Below are positions 1 to 12,985 of a stretch of 64,000 nucleotides of DNA, one piece after another. Position 1 is the first letter of the stretch; every line of letters begins with the position of its first letter. The position numbers were made by a program, and so were the translations under genes. Below the pieces are notes generated by a model, which did not search any database, had not been told where the DNA came from, and was given only the letters and a program-made list of their open reading frames with translations. The stretch spans positions 3,783,379-3,847,378 of the forward strand of contig JBNZDD010013692.1 of the NCBI GenBank assembly GCA_050575255.1. The letters run 5' to 3'. Source of the stretch: Harriotta raleighana (taxonomy: Eukaryota).

Positions 1-1169
1 GTCTAGTCTTTTCAGTCATAAGGTACACTGTGTAACATGGTGTTCTTGAATTCAAATGAGGCTAATGGTACTTCTAGACGGACCTCCAACTAGGTTAACA
101 CAACCAACTTAAATGAATGAAACTAAAAGTTATAAAAAGTTGTTCTGAAAGTTGTTCCCAACTTTATCAGGTGCATCAAAATGACAGTCAGACTTACTGT
201 ATTCTTTTGAACATTTTGCAATATTTATTGAAGTTATATAAATAACTGACTTAACGCTAATTCTTTCTGAGTACTGAAATAGGAAATGTCAATCTCTACT
301 CAACACCACCAACAACAAGAACTTGCATTTATATAGCGATATTATCCACTCAGATCAGAGTATTTTAAGTTAGGTTAAATTTTAATGCAACAGGTTTTAA
401 AAGATCACATTTATGAACAGCTTTCCTATGTTCTTTATTCACCTCACCAATTGAGAATATAAAATTACATTGAGCTATCCATTCAGTTTCCGCACTGGAA
501 TTCACCTTTAATCATACAAAGAGGCATACAGACATTCACAATACCATGCTTTCCCCCACACACCTCCTTTTGTATCCATTCTATCCTCCTGTAGATATTT
601 CAATGGGTTGATCAATGTGACACTTCAGCTGCCCTCACTGTGTTAAGTGCTCCTTCCAATGAATTAATCAACATCTAAATCTCACTGCAAGTGAGTGAGT
701 GAATGACTCCAACCAGCCCCAGTAGAGTTTGGGATTCAAACTTGTGTCTTAATCGAGAGTTCAATACTGTACAAAGACACACAGAAGGTACTTTGGAAAC
801 ATGACTTTTAGAAGCTGAAAGCTACTCTTTCCAGAGATGGGGCATTGGAGATCTATTGTGCACTACAAGCATTTATATCTATAACTGTGTATTATTGCAA
901 ATTATGCAAACAATGTGTGAATGTATGTATACAGGATGTATGTGTACTGTTCGGGTCCAAATCCCCGAATGTCCATTGCCTTTGGACGTCCTCCCGACAT
1001 AAAATGTAAAGAAAAGAAATTGGGACTGTATTCAACAGAGGGAATTGTTGGCCTCTTAATAGTGTAATTAACAACCAATGAAAATAGCAATGATACACAT
1101 GTATTTGTACATATAGTAGTACATAATAGATCCTAGAATTATCTGAGAAAGCCGAGTGTCTGAACATGC

Positions 1170-1442
1170 AGTAGCTTGCACAATGAGACTTGGGTTCAAT
1201 TCCCGGCAGGGCGAAACTGTGGGCAAATTTTCTTATTCCACTTGATAATAATAAAAGAAATAAAATCTTAGAATTTGGTCACTCAATCCATGATTGTTTG
1301 TGAGGTGCTGCTTGTGCACAATTGGCTGCCACGTTTCTCCCACAAATGTACAGTCAATTCACTTTACAGTACATTCTGTGAAGCGCTTTGAGACGTCTAA
1401 AAGATGTGTAAAGCGCTATATCAAATGCAAGGATTATTATTT
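1170..1442 (+). mobile_element. tRNA-derived SINE, family A ((TTA)n tail)
   Basis: B-box-like gggttcaattccc, body gggcaaattttcttattcc, Deu-like gtgcacaattggctgccacgtttc, tail aagcgctttgagacgtc...aagcgctatatcaaatgcaaggattattat. Confidence 0.85.
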
Positions 1443-2858
1443 ATTTATATAATGATGATGGCAGCCTGGTGATTGGATTGTGGATGCCCCCTAACTCCAG
1501 GTCGGAATGAGACACATCATGTCTGGGGCCCTTTTACAGGCCTGAGCCGTGGGATTTTATAGCTCAGGGTGGAGCTTAGAGTGAAGACAAATGAGTTTCT
1601 AACAAGGGAAGCATTGCAGACATAGGAGGGTCAGGCGGAAGATTCCACTTGAAAGGGAACAAATCTAGTCCATCAAACTGAATGGTCGTTTCATGTAGGT
1701 TAAAGAGTTTTTGGTGAAAAATTTGGATATGAGTATAAAAGCTCAGTTTGTCGCCCAGCATTTCAAGCTGGGAATGTTCTGCTGTTGGTAAAGACATATG
1801 GTCAATGTTCTTTTAGGCAGCAAGCAAATCAGCTTCACTGAAGGGGTACTTAGCTAATCTCTAGTTTATCTTCCTCAGTCTGATTGATTCTATAACAACA
1901 CTGAAGGAAAAGCACAACGGAAGATAATTCCTGTGTAGTGTAAGTGTTAAGGCCATCGGTAGGAGTACATAACCCAACAGAGTGGAAGAATGCACAGCTC
2001 ACCGTCCCAGCTGATTCTGAATATATTGGGATTTAATATGCAGCAAATTCTAATGGGATAACATAGTTACAGACTGAATTTGTTTGATTTCAGATGGTGA
2101 TTGAACTGTGGATGCCATAGTCCTCTCGAGAGATGCTATACAAATGCAATTTGTTGTTATTGTTGATATCGTATGAAAACAAGCCATTGGGCCCAAACAG
2201 TCCCATTTTTACACTTTACATGAACTCCCCTCCTACTATTCCCAGATCCTATTTACTTATCCCTCATGTACCCAGTAAATTTCCTATTAAAACATTGATG
2301 CTGTTTGCTTCAAACACAATTAGAAAACTGAGTGGAAACTCCTTTTCAGTAATCGTCATGCTGGGCAGTGGGAACTCTGTTCCAAAGTAGCTTGTGTCCG
2401 TGGAGATCAGTATGATGTACTCCCAGGATCTTAGTTGATGAATCCTGCTCATCCCACATTCAACACCATTAATTGTGAATAGCTAGTTTTGTACAGTAGC
2501 ATTTAATATATCACCCTTTTTGATGAATCATGGGCATAATCTCGTCACATCTTGACAAGAAAGTGAGAATAATTTAATGCTGACAATGGGGTGGAAATTG
2601 TGTAGTCTACAGTCTCAGAGCATTATTTTATGCATCAAGTCAAAATGTATTTTTACCATAAGGAAGTTGCTACTTTTAAAGTTTACTCCAAAGTTCTGAA
2701 TCATAGGCATTCTGGGGCTCTAACTTGAAGGGGGGGGGGCTATATAAAGCTAAATTGTTGTTGTTGTTAATCATAATCTTGAAACTAGAACTGAGGATGT
2801 GAAAACTGATATCACAGAGGGTTGTGATAATGTGGAATGTACTGCTCCAGCAGGGATG

Positions 2859-3258
2859 TAACAACAACAACAAAATTACATTCATAAAGCACCCTTCACA
2901 TCGAGAGGATGTCACAAGGCACTGAACAGTCAGGTGTCGGGACCCGAGCATGGGGGAGGGGCTGAGTAGGGGAGGAGGGAGAGAGGTGGGAGGGCATGAT
3001 CAAAAAGGAGGGTCTTGAAACTAGCCTTGAAGGAGGAAAGGGAGCAAGTGAGGTGAAGCGACTGTGCAATGGAGATCCAGAGTGTGGGGGCAGAGAGGCT
3101 GAAATCCAGGCCACTGATGGTAGGGTGGGTTGGGCAAGAGACATGGAGCAGACCGGAGCCCGCTGCAGGGAGTGGGTGAGCAGGTTGGTAGGGAGTCAGC
3201 AGGTCGGAGAGAAGGGGCAGTGCCGTGAATGGCCTTGAAAGTGCGGACTCTGGGACGG
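2859..3258 (-). mobile_element. L2-clade LINE 3' fragment
   Basis: (CAA)n tail followed by aaattacattcataaagcaccc. Minus-strand frames give the L2 ORF2 C-terminus (SLSSFKASFKTLLFDHA). Homologous to 11691-12100. Confidence 0.85.
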
Positions 3259-3264
3259 GGATTA

Positions 3265-3392
3265 TCGATAATAATAATTTTTTTGGGAAGGGATTATTAC
3301 CTCCAGAAAAGCGATCTGCCAATCGACTAACAACTGAGTTTCTACTTACTGCTAGGTAATCAGTGGTGTGTGTGTGTGGAGTAAGGAAAAAT
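3265..3392 (-). mobile_element. SINE family A internal fragment, long variant
   Basis: gggattattacctccagaaaagcgatctgccaatcgactaacaactgag...gtggagtaaggaaa, shared with the copies at 23345, 45552 and 48305. Confidence 0.75.
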
Positions 3393-4322
3393 AGCCATGG
3401 ATCATTATCTGGCATTAAAATGATAGCACTCATACTGATTCTCTGGTCATCTAAATACAGTTAAACACTTGAATACAAATAAGTACTATCAGCATTCTTT
3501 TACATATTTCAGTTGCTGGTCATGGCACAGGAGAAAAAAAGACATGGAGGAAGCAGGTCCTTGTAGAAACCATGTAGATGGAAGTGGCCAATCAGAGAGG
3601 TTAAGTTTGTGGTGAGTCTATTTTGCTGCCTCTTGTTTGTTTGGCAAGAGGAGAATTTCGCAGATATCTGTGCAGGTGAAGGGAATGGAGATTTTACCAC
3701 GGATGATTTGTATGCTGAGGTCACCTCACTAGTTATACTCATTGAATCAATTTGCAATTCCTGTATGTGTAAGTGACAGGCTGTTTTCCATAACTATAAT
3801 GTTTCCTCGCGTTTGTTTCTGTCAAGGCCAGTTTTGGAATTGTCTGCGGTATTGGCAACAGATTTGGGATTTCTGACAGTACTACACTGCAACAGTTTTA
3901 GATTTCCCCACATGGTATCTCACTTTGGTCAAGCTTACAATACTATTACCCTGAGACGCTTCATTGATTGTTCTATTTACTCCTGGAAGTTCAATGGGCT
4001 CCTCACTATCACTGAGCAGTGATAGTTTGGATGCAAATACATCTTTAGGACAGAACAAGTCCCTCAACAGCTTAACATTCTTTATTCTTTTGAATTATCC
4101 CCTCATATATTTTCTGGTAGGGATTGTAATATAACTTAAAGCACAATTGTGCACTGTTCCTCACTTAATGCCACTAGTACAACCTTCAACGCATGTTGAA
4201 AGGAGAATATATCGCTGAATTCTCCAAACGCTACACTTGCAGGGGGATAGGCTGCTGTCTGAATCACTTTGGATACTTTTCCTATAGGTGGGGAAGAATT
4301 CAACCTGGGTCCAGATTTACTG

Positions 4323-4733
4323 TTCTGACAAAGGATCGTGGACCCGAAACATTGACTCACTTTTCCTTTCTCCATAGATGCTGCCTGACCGGCTGATTGT
4401 TCCCACGATTTCTGTTTTTCTTTCAGAATTCCAGCATTTGCAGTATTTTGCGTTTTTGTTTGTGTTTCATTCACTGCCACTTCTCTTCTAGGAAAGTCTA
4501 CCTTGAAGAAGTTTTGCTCTTCGCTTCGACATGACTTTCAGTCTTCACTTTTACCCTGCTCACTTTCTCTACCATCCGTTTCCCATCTTGAAAAAACTTC
4601 TGACGAACAGTCGTGGAACCTAAACGTTTAGTCACTTTTCCTTTCTCCATAAATGCTGCCTGACCAGCTGAGTGTTCCCACAGATTTCTCTTTGGGTTTC
4701 AGACTTCCAGCATCTGCAGTATTTTGCATTTTT
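4323..4733 (+). mobile_element. Penelope-like pseudo-LTR tandem pair with decayed minimal hammerhead ribozyme cores
   Basis: Direct repeats 4323-4457 and 4598-4733, each starting ttctgac(g/a)a..gtgga.cc(g/t)aaac(g/a)tt and continuing ttttcctttctccata.atgctgcctgacc.gctga...ttccagcat.tgcagtattttgc. Confidence 0.7.
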
Positions 4734-5314
4734 GTCCATTTACTTTATTGATGTAGCATTTAAATGTATAGAATATGTCAAATTCTGAAACACAGCATTT
4801 ATTTTGAAGACTGTTCTCCTCTGTACGTTCTTTGAAGAAATCTAGACTCGGGTGGACTTTCTCCCCAAGTGGCACATCGTTTTAGGACTTCACTTTTTAC
4901 AAAGAGTCGGAGAATGTTTTAATGACAATACGTAGCTCACTACTGGCACCACTTTCACTCTAAAACACATCCCTTACACACTTCACTGGTAGCTTAGTGC
5001 AGTATTCCTAAAGGGGTTTTGCCTTAACTACAATACATAATACAAAATTACATTTGTAATGCGGCTTTCAAGTCGGGAGAACATCCCAATTATTCCTGGT
5101 GATAAACAGAAAAATGCGTTTTCAACTACTCCTAGTATGGTCACACCACATCTTTTTTCCAACTGAGTGCATTTCTATTTGTTTTACAGTCAGGTTTCTG
5201 GTTTAAGAATATTTATGCCATGCTTGTGATTGCTGATTTATTTTTATTGTGGTCATTAATAAACATCTTACAATTATTTGAGAACTAAAAGTAGGCCAAG
5301 TGTCTCAAAGCATG

Positions 5315-5317
<3 letters not shown>

Positions 5318-5348
<31 letters not shown>
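5318..5348. repeat. (GT)n microsatellite
   Basis: About 15 GT units. Confidence 0.95.
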
Positions 5349-5349
<1 letters not shown>

Positions 5350-5655
5350 TGGGGGGAGGGGAAGAGAGGGAAGGGAAGAGGGAAACATTCTGAAGTCCGA
5401 TAGAGATAAAAGCATCTCCTGTTTATTTCATGAAGCTCCTCATCCTCAGTGTGTTCTCTGCATTTCTGTCACAGATCAAATCTTGAAAGAATGTGCAGAC
5501 CGCTTGTTAGCGATCCTATCAAGTCCCTGAAAGGCAGCTTAAAAAATAAACATTGCAATGAGCAGTGATGATGCTCATTGCAATGACACAGAGTGCAAAT
5601 TCCATTCCACACACAGGGGAAATTTCTACCATACATATGTTCCTGACTCCTGTAT

Positions 5656-5714
5656 GTTCAGCACCTTGGGACGTCCCCCTGACATGAAAGGCGCTCTATA
5701 AATTTTGTTGTTGT
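5656..5714 (+). mobile_element. Very short L2 3' tail (stem-loop + (TTG)n)
   Basis: tgttcagcaccttgggacgtcccctgacatgaaaggcgctctataaattttgttgttg. Similar stubs lie near 2120, 5040(-), 23550, 24000, 24410(-), 32437, 34965, 40300, 41880(-), 60050 and 60468. Confidence 0.85.
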
Positions 5715-6034
5715 ATGTGGAATTCTCTGGCTGGTTTGGATATTCTCAAGCACAATGCACATGTTTGCACATGTGTGAGACATCCAAATGTAAGGAACTA
5801 ATATTCCATTTTCCTGGTGCTCGGAACTAAGATTGGTGTCAAAAAGGAGTAAGGGGATTCACTCTCCGTTAAAGTAGGGTATTTGCATGATTTGCTGGTT
5901 ATTAATCAACTTACACCTCTTGCAAACCAGACTCGAATGTAGCCCTCAAAAATGATTAAAACAACAGGAATAATAAATTCATCCAAATAATTATTTTTCA
6001 GTCATATGCTTCTTAAGTTACACAGGCAATATAA

Positions 6035-6326
6035 CTTTAGGGCACATGTTTAAAATAATTATGAAAAGAACAAAGGGAGAGGTTAGGAGAGTTTTTTTTA
6101 TACATACACAGAGGGTGTTTGAATGTGCAATGTTGTACTGGAATGGTGGTTTAGGCTGAACCCATATTAGCATTTAAGAAGCAATTAGATAAATAGCAGA
6201 AAAGGCGAAATAGAAAAGAGTGTGGGAAAAAGGCTGAGGAATGAGATTAAACAACTCCATCAAAAAGCCAACTCAGGCACAATGGTTGAATGGCCTCCTC
6301 CTGTGCTGTACATTTTTACCATTCTA
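6035..6326 (+). mobile_element. CR1-clade LINE 3' end (degenerate)
   Basis: gggcacatgtttaaaataatt...gaggttaggagagttttt...cagagggtg...gcatttaagaagcaattagat...ggttgaatggcctcctcctgtgctgta, typical of a CR1 ORF2 end and 3' UTR. Confidence 0.7.
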
Positions 6327-6436
6327 AGGGTTTGGAGCATCAGGATCATTCTTAAAGAAAATTAGAATGACACCCAGAGACTGTTTAATTCCCCCCAAAT
6401 TCCCAAAGTACTTACAGATATCACCTTTAGTTACTT

Positions 6437-6600
6437 AATAATAATAATCCTTGCATTTGATACAGCACCTTATCATGTCTTCTAGACGTCTCAAAACATT
6501 TCACAGAATATACTATGAAGTAAATTGTGGGAAAAACACGCAGTTAATTGCACACGGCGGTGTCCCACAAACCATCATGGATTTTTTTGTAATTGTTTTT
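6437..6600 (-). mobile_element. SINE family A 3' half
   Basis: aataataataatccttgcatttgatacagcacc...cccacaaaccatcatggat. Confidence 0.8.
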
Positions 6601-8152
6601 AATTACATTATATATCTTAAAAGGTGGTCTCCAAAACACTTTGCTTGGCAGTGGGGTGAAGTGCCACGAGGAACAATGGTTGAACTGAACATATATCAGA
6701 TTCACCATTAACGAGTGACGAAAAGCTAGGAAAGAGATAGCTGGGGGTGATGAAGGCAGTCTGCACCCACCTCCAATGCCATTCTCAAAGGAAGATGGGT
6801 CCACACATCCGCTTGACTAGCATAAGCTGAGTGGCCAAAATACTAAATTGAAAACTTAAACTTGGTAGCTGGGGTACATGAAGTCCAATGTCACAGACTC
6901 GGTTACAATAAAAATTCTTGCCATTGATATAACGCTAGGCCACACCATCGAAATGTCCCAAAGCGCTTCACAGGATAGACTACAAAGGAATGTGGGCTGG
7001 GTGGGTGGTTTCATTGGAAACACATCTGAAGATAATGTTTGAGTTGGGGGTGGGTGAGAAAGTAATGTGATGACGGTTGAACATAGAGAAAAAACTAACC
7101 CCAATATGGACAATCTCATATTTGTTTAATTTATCGGATGGGAAGCAGTTGCAATGACCAGAACTAAATCAGCATGAATTGGGCTATTTGTTTCCAAATG
7201 CCCATCCATCCTCAGGTTGGGCTTCCTCATGCAAAACAAAATATTATATTCTTAATATTCAGCCCATTAAACCTCTCAAATTGCAACTATTTAAACTCTT
7301 AACATTTTAGAGATATTCAATACTATCTTTCACAAGAAGTAAGTGGCTTTGCTGGTGATGCACGATATATTGACCAATGGACCGAAAATGCAGCATTTTG
7401 GGTACAAATGATGCTTGGATCATGCTCAGACATTGAAGCATTACACCTCAGATCAGAATTTCTGGATAGCTACAGTAAAGCGTGCAAATTACGACCACCA
7501 GTCAGTTGTGTAATGCTTAAAGAATTAATTCAACTGCATGACTAATGTACCAGGGCATGCATGGACCAAGAACAATCAAAAGGAATGGTTTCAGGAGCCT
7601 CAAACTGTGCTGTTTGCGCATCTACCTCTGGCCCTGCACTTGTCCTTCACAGCTAAAGCTCCAAGGCTGAGAGCAGCAGCACAAGCCTCGAGAGAAACAC
7701 GACAATTCTCTCTTAAACAATTGAAATGCCAGCTGGAGGACCCTGCTATACCTGAAATAAAAGCACTGGGAGCACAGAGCAGCCCGGAGCACTTCTCTGC
7801 ATTCTGAATGATCAGCTCACAGAAGTGTGGAAATTGAAAGCAATGCACTCAATGCATACAGATTCAGGTCGCCATCACCCGACTAACTCTTGCTTTTTAA
7901 TCTTTCGTAAATACTTCAGAGTTACAATGATTTTTGTGCGAGCAGGTTATTGCTATGTGACAGCACAAATGTCACCAACAACAACAGTGGGCTTTAAGCT
8001 CTTGGAACTCCATCCTGAGATCCCTCCGACCCCTCATTTAGGGCTTCTGGGCTCTCGCCAACGCCTCATTTAGGGCTCAGCTCAAAACATCTCTCTTTGA
8101 TTGTGTTTTCGATCATCTGTGTTGTCAAGCACTCCAAAATATCCTCCTGACC

Positions 8153-8404
8153 NGGGCGAAACCTTGGGCAAGTTTCCTTACTCCACATGCCTAATAATAA
8201 TCCCTCCAAAAAAACTACAATAATAAAATTGGTCATTTCAATCCATGACTGTTTGTGGGACGCTGCTGTGCGCTATTGGCTGCCGCATTCCACCCACAAA
8301 TATACAGTCAATTCACTTTACAGTATATTCTGTGAAGCGCTTTGGGACGTTGATAAGATGTGAAAAGCGCTATATCAAATGCAAGGATTATTATTATTAT
8401 TATT
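8153..8404 (+). mobile_element. SINE family A (head lost at a single-N join)
   Basis: gggcgaaaccttgggcaagtttccttactccacatgcc...aaaagcgctatatcaaatgcaagga(tta)n. Confidence 0.9.
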
Positions 8405-9880
8405 AAAGGTGTTACAGTGTATGGTATTGTAAGGGTTATTGTATTATTTATTCAGCGCTCAACCAGACTGCAATATTTCTACTTATTTATTTTCCCCACT
8501 TTATTTTTTTCTCGTCTTACGTTGAATTACAGAGAGCGACACAGCACGGAAACAGGCCACTCAGCTCAATTAATCCATGATTTATGCTCCACATGAGCCT
8601 CAACACCTCTCTCTCTCTCTCTCTTCTCTATTCCCTTCTCCCTGTTGTATGCATTTTTGTCTGTCACTTTTAAGATAACATTAAAATCTAAGTTCCACAT
8701 TTCTGCTTGCCTTTGTGCTCTCTAAATGGTGTATTGGGAATACAGTTGATATTACAGCACTCGTTGTTACTCTTAAGTTTCTTACTTCCTCACGCATCTC
8801 TCCTCAGTTCCTACAAACCTTTTCTCCTTCTGTTGCTTAAGGTAACACGCGCCAGACAAGCCAGCTGCTCTCCTGGGAGGGTGGCTCCCATGGTCTCAGC
8901 AATGCACAAGCAGCCTGTGTGCAAAGTTATCATCAAGAGCCGGGGATTAGTAAACAGCAACCAGGGTGAGGAAAAGGATTTGTGTTTAGCCAGCGGTCAT
9001 GAAGAAACCTAATCACATCCACTCTCCTGGATTCCAACTCAGACCGCTATTTAAAGGGGCGAGCACTGTCTCCATAGCCCTGAGTTTCAAGAGGGCAGAG
9101 GGTTTATCCATGTCTGCATTGCTCGATAACAGAGCATATCAAGTGCCTCACTCTCCAGCAAATGGTTGCGGCTTGAATTCCAAGCAAGTCCTTCACTGCA
9201 GTCCACCTGCCACTGATGGAGGTCTTTGTAGTTGGGTGCCAAGTTAGCGATGGGAAAATTGACATGGTCACTCTCATTCAAAGGCACTTTTCGTTGGCTG
9301 CACAAGTCTGCTTCTCAGATTGCATGCCCCCCACATTCTTGGCCAGCTCCGCAGAGGAGCCAAAAAAGATTAATATCAAGAGATCTAGAATTAAAGTAAG
9401 GAATCTCAAGCCCTGCTGTTACAGACCAGTGATGCACTTCAGAAAGGTAGCTTAACATCCTGAACAAAATCTACAACAGAGAGACAAAATCAAAAAAGGG
9501 AGCCAATTCGAGACATTCTCCTGATGTGAAAGGTGCTATATTGAATGCAAGCATTATTAAATATTATTATGTTGACATGCTTTATGATGTACATCAATAT
9601 CTGATAAGTTTAAAATCAGTTTCATTAACTGAAGGTAGCAACAAACAGTGATAACATCCAGCCTTGTAGTCCCATTTGCAAGTGGAACTCTGAAGTACTG
9701 AAATGCCAAGTGGCTAGGCTATACATTCCTAGAAATACAGAATTAAATAGGGCTGTAAAAAGCATCATGGCCCATGTTTTCGGCTACCAAAGTAAAAAAA
9801 CAACAACAGCAATAAAATCATACTTATACAACAACAACAACAAAATTACATTTATAGAGCGCGTTTCACGTCAGGAGGAC

Positions 9881-10450
9881 NNNNNNNNNNNNNNNNNNNN
9901 NNNNNNNNNNNNNNNNNNNNNNNNNNNNNNNNNNNNNNNNNNNNNNNNNNNNNNNNNNNNNNNNNNNNNNNNNNNNNNNNNNNNNNNNNNNNNNNNNNNN
10001 NNNNNNNNNNNNNNNNNNNNNNNNNNNNNNNNNNNNNNNNNNNNNNNNNNNNNNNNNNNNNNNNNNNNNNNNNNNNNNNNNNNNNNNNNNNNNNNNNNNN
10101 NNNNNNNNNNNNNNNNNNNNNNNNNNNNNNNNNNNNNNNNNNNNNNNNNNNNNNNNNNNNNNNNNNNNNNNNNNNNNNNNNNNNNNNNNNNNNNNNNNNN
10201 NNNNNNNNNNNNNNNNNNNNNNNNNNNNNNNNNNNNNNNNNNNNNNNNNNNNNNNNNNNNNNNNNNNNNNNNNNNNNNNNNNNNNNNNNNNNNNNNNNNN
10301 NNNNNNNNNNNNNNNNNNNNNNNNNNNNNNNNNNNNNNNNNNNNNNNNNNNNNNNNNNNNNNNNNNNNNNNNNNNNNNNNNNNNNNNNNNNNNNNNNNNN
10401 NNNNNNNNNNNNNNNNNNNNNNNNNNNNNNNNNNNNNNNNNNNNNNNNNN
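9881..10450. other. Assembly gap (N run)
   Basis: Run of n. Confidence 1.
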
Positions 10451-11002
10451 NATAGAACACCGAGGTTCCTGACTGGCTTTGCGAGGTGGAGAGTGCAGCC
10501 TTGGATGCTGATGCTGTCAGCACCCGAGTTGCGGAGGCGCTGATGCGAGGCAATCAGGAGGGCCTTGGTTTTCCGGACATTGAGCTGAGGAAAGTTGTCT
10601 CTCATCCAGGACTCGATGTCAGACAGGCAAGCTGTCAGGATATCAGTAGTCGTGGAGTTGAGGGTAGAGGAGGAAAGGTAGAGTTGGGTGTCATCCGCAT
10701 ACATGTGGAAGTTAACCCCATGTCTGCGGATGATGTCACCAAGGGGGAGCATATAGAGGGTGAAGAGGAGAGGACCGAGGACAGAGCCCTGAGGGACGCC
10801 GCACGAGACAGTGCGGGGGCTGGAGGAAAAGCCATTTGAGTGTATGAAATGAAAACGATGGGAGAGGTAGGACCTAAACCACTCAAGGACAGGGCCTTGA
10901 AGGTGGGAGGACAGGCGGTGCAGGAGGATTGAATGGTCGACCGTATCGAATGCGGCCGATAGGTCAAGGAGGACGAGGAGGCAGAGGGAGCCCTGGTCAC
11001 AG

Positions 11003-11407
11003 NNNNNNNNNNNNNNNNNNNNNNNNNNNNNNNNNNNNNNNNNNNNNNNNNNNNNNNNNNNNNNNNNNNNNNNNNNNNNNNNNNNNNNNNNNNNNNNNNN
11101 NNNNNNNNNNNNNNNNNNNNNNNNNNNNNNNNNNNNNNNNNNNNNNNNNNNNNNNNNNNNNNNNNNNNNNNNNNNNNNNNNNNNNNNNNNNNNNNNNNNN
11201 NNNNNNNNNNNNNNNNNNNNNNNNNNNNNNNNNNNNNNNNNNNNNNNNNNNNNNNNNNNNNNNNNNNNNNNNNNNNNNNNNNNNNNNNNNNNNNNNNNNN
11301 NNNNNNNNNNNNNNNNNNNNNNNNNNNNNNNNNNNNNNNNNNNNNNNNNNNNNNNNNNNNNNNNNNNNNNNNNNNNNNNNNNNNNNNNNNNNNNNNNNNN
11401 NNNNNNN
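11003..11407. other. Assembly gap (N run)
   Basis: Run of n. Confidence 1.
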
Positions 11408-11690
11408 TTCCAGGGGCGATAGAAGATGGTGGTGGGTCTGGTGGAAGTGGGAAGAGGTGTGGAGGTTAAGATAGAGATGAAGTGATGGTCAGAGACAGCC
11501 TTGTCGGTAATGGTGACATCCGAGACATTGAGGCCCCGGGTGATCACCAGATCGAGTGGGTGGCCGTGGACATGAGTGGCGGAGTTGATGTGGAGGGAGA
11601 GGTTGAGCGAGGAGAGGAGGGAGGAAAAGTCAGAGGAGGTGGAGCAGGAGGGGGTGAAGTGCAGGTTGAAGTCGCCCAGGCAGAGAGATG

Positions 11691-12985
11691 TTAGAGCACC
11701 TTTCACGTCAGGAGGACATCCCAAAGCGCAGAACAGTTAGGTTGGGACCCAAGCAGCGGAGGGGGGCTTGTCTGGGTAGGGGGAAGGAGAGTAGGAGAGG
11801 GGGGAGAGTTAGGAGTGGAGCAGAAGGCATGGTCAAAGAGGAAAGTCTTGAGTCTTAAAGGAGGAAAGGGAGGAAGTGAGGCAAAGGGATTACGAGATGG
11901 AGTTCAGAGTGTGGGGGCAGAGAGGCTGAAGGCCCGGCCACCGATGGTAGGACGGTTCGGGTGGGGGACATGGAGCAGGGCACAGCCCACTGAACGGAGG
12001 GGACGGTCAGGTTGATAGGGAGACAGCAGGTCGGAGAGATAGGCGGCGGCAAGGCCATGAATGGCCTTGAAAGTGAGGATGAGGATCTTGAATTTGACCC
12101 GCTGGGAGATGGGGAGCCAGTGGAGGGTGGGAGTGATACAGTTGCGGAGCCTAGTGCGGGAGAGTACATGGGCTGCGGAGTTCTGAATAATCTGCAGCTT
12201 GTGAAGGGAGTAGCTGGAAGGCCGACAAAGAGAGAGTTCCTGTAGCCGAGCCTAGATGTGATGAATGTGTGGATGAGTGTTTCGGCAGCATGGCGGGTAA
12301 GGTAGTGGCGGAGTCTGGCAATGTTGCAGAGATGGTGGAAGGCTGTACTGGTCATGGCCTGGATTTGGGGGAGAAAGGACTGTTTGGGGTCGAACGCCCA
12401 GATTCCTGACTGACTTCGAGAGGTGGAGAGAGCAGGCTTGAATGCTGATGTTCCCAGCGCCTGAGGAGTGGAGGCGCTGACGTGAGCCAATCAGGAGGGC
12501 CTCCGTCTTATTGACGTTTAGTTGGGAGGAAGTTGGCTCAATGTCGGACAGACACTCAATCAGAACGCCAGTAGTCCTGGAGTCGAGGGTGGAAGCGAAA
12601 AGGTAGAGTTGGATGTCATCCGCATACATGTGGAAATTTACTCCATGTCTGCGGATTATGTCACCGAGGGGGAGCATGTAGAGGAAGAAGAGTAGGGGGC
12701 CAAGGACAGAGCTCTGCGGAACGCCGCATGTGACTGTGCAGGGGCTGGAGGAAAAGCCTTTGGAGGAGATAAAGTGAAGGCGGTGTGAGAGGTATGACCG
12801 GAACCAATCAAGGACAGAGCCTTGAAGATTGAGGTGGGAGGAGATGCGGTGGAGGAGAATTGCGTGGTCAAAGGCAGCAGATAGATCGAGGAGGATGAGG
12901 AGGCAGAGGGAGCCCAGGTCGCAGATGGTCAGGATGTTGTTTGTGACCTTGATCAGAGCAGCACAGAAACCCGATTCGTGGCGTT
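11691..12985 (-). mobile_element. Older frameshifted L2 LINE copy (RT to 3' UTR); its terminal repeat is probably at 9799-9828
   Basis: [25 protein letters not shown] and NIARLRHYLTRHAAETLIHTFITSRLGY lie in different frames. The 3' stem-loop is at 11691-11730. Confidence 0.92.

Larger units (their letters stand above)
9829..11690 (-). mobile_element. Young 5'-truncated L2-clade LINE (endonuclease C-terminal part, RT, 3' tail) interrupted by two assembly gaps
   Basis: APE endonuclease motifs LGDFNLH...HGHPLDLVITRG...SDHHFI (11408-11690). RT motifs [26 protein letters not shown] and YADDTQLY (10451-11002), with no stops in the sequenced parts. (CAA)n tail at 9829-9843. Confidence 0.93.

Noticed and set aside
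9710-11724. Long ORFs of 277, 233, 617 and 181 aa
   Set aside because: They read through N gaps. The real parts are L2 ORF2 pieces, and the 617-aa N-terminus (MGCPPDVKGAL) is the 3' tail of the adjacent L2.
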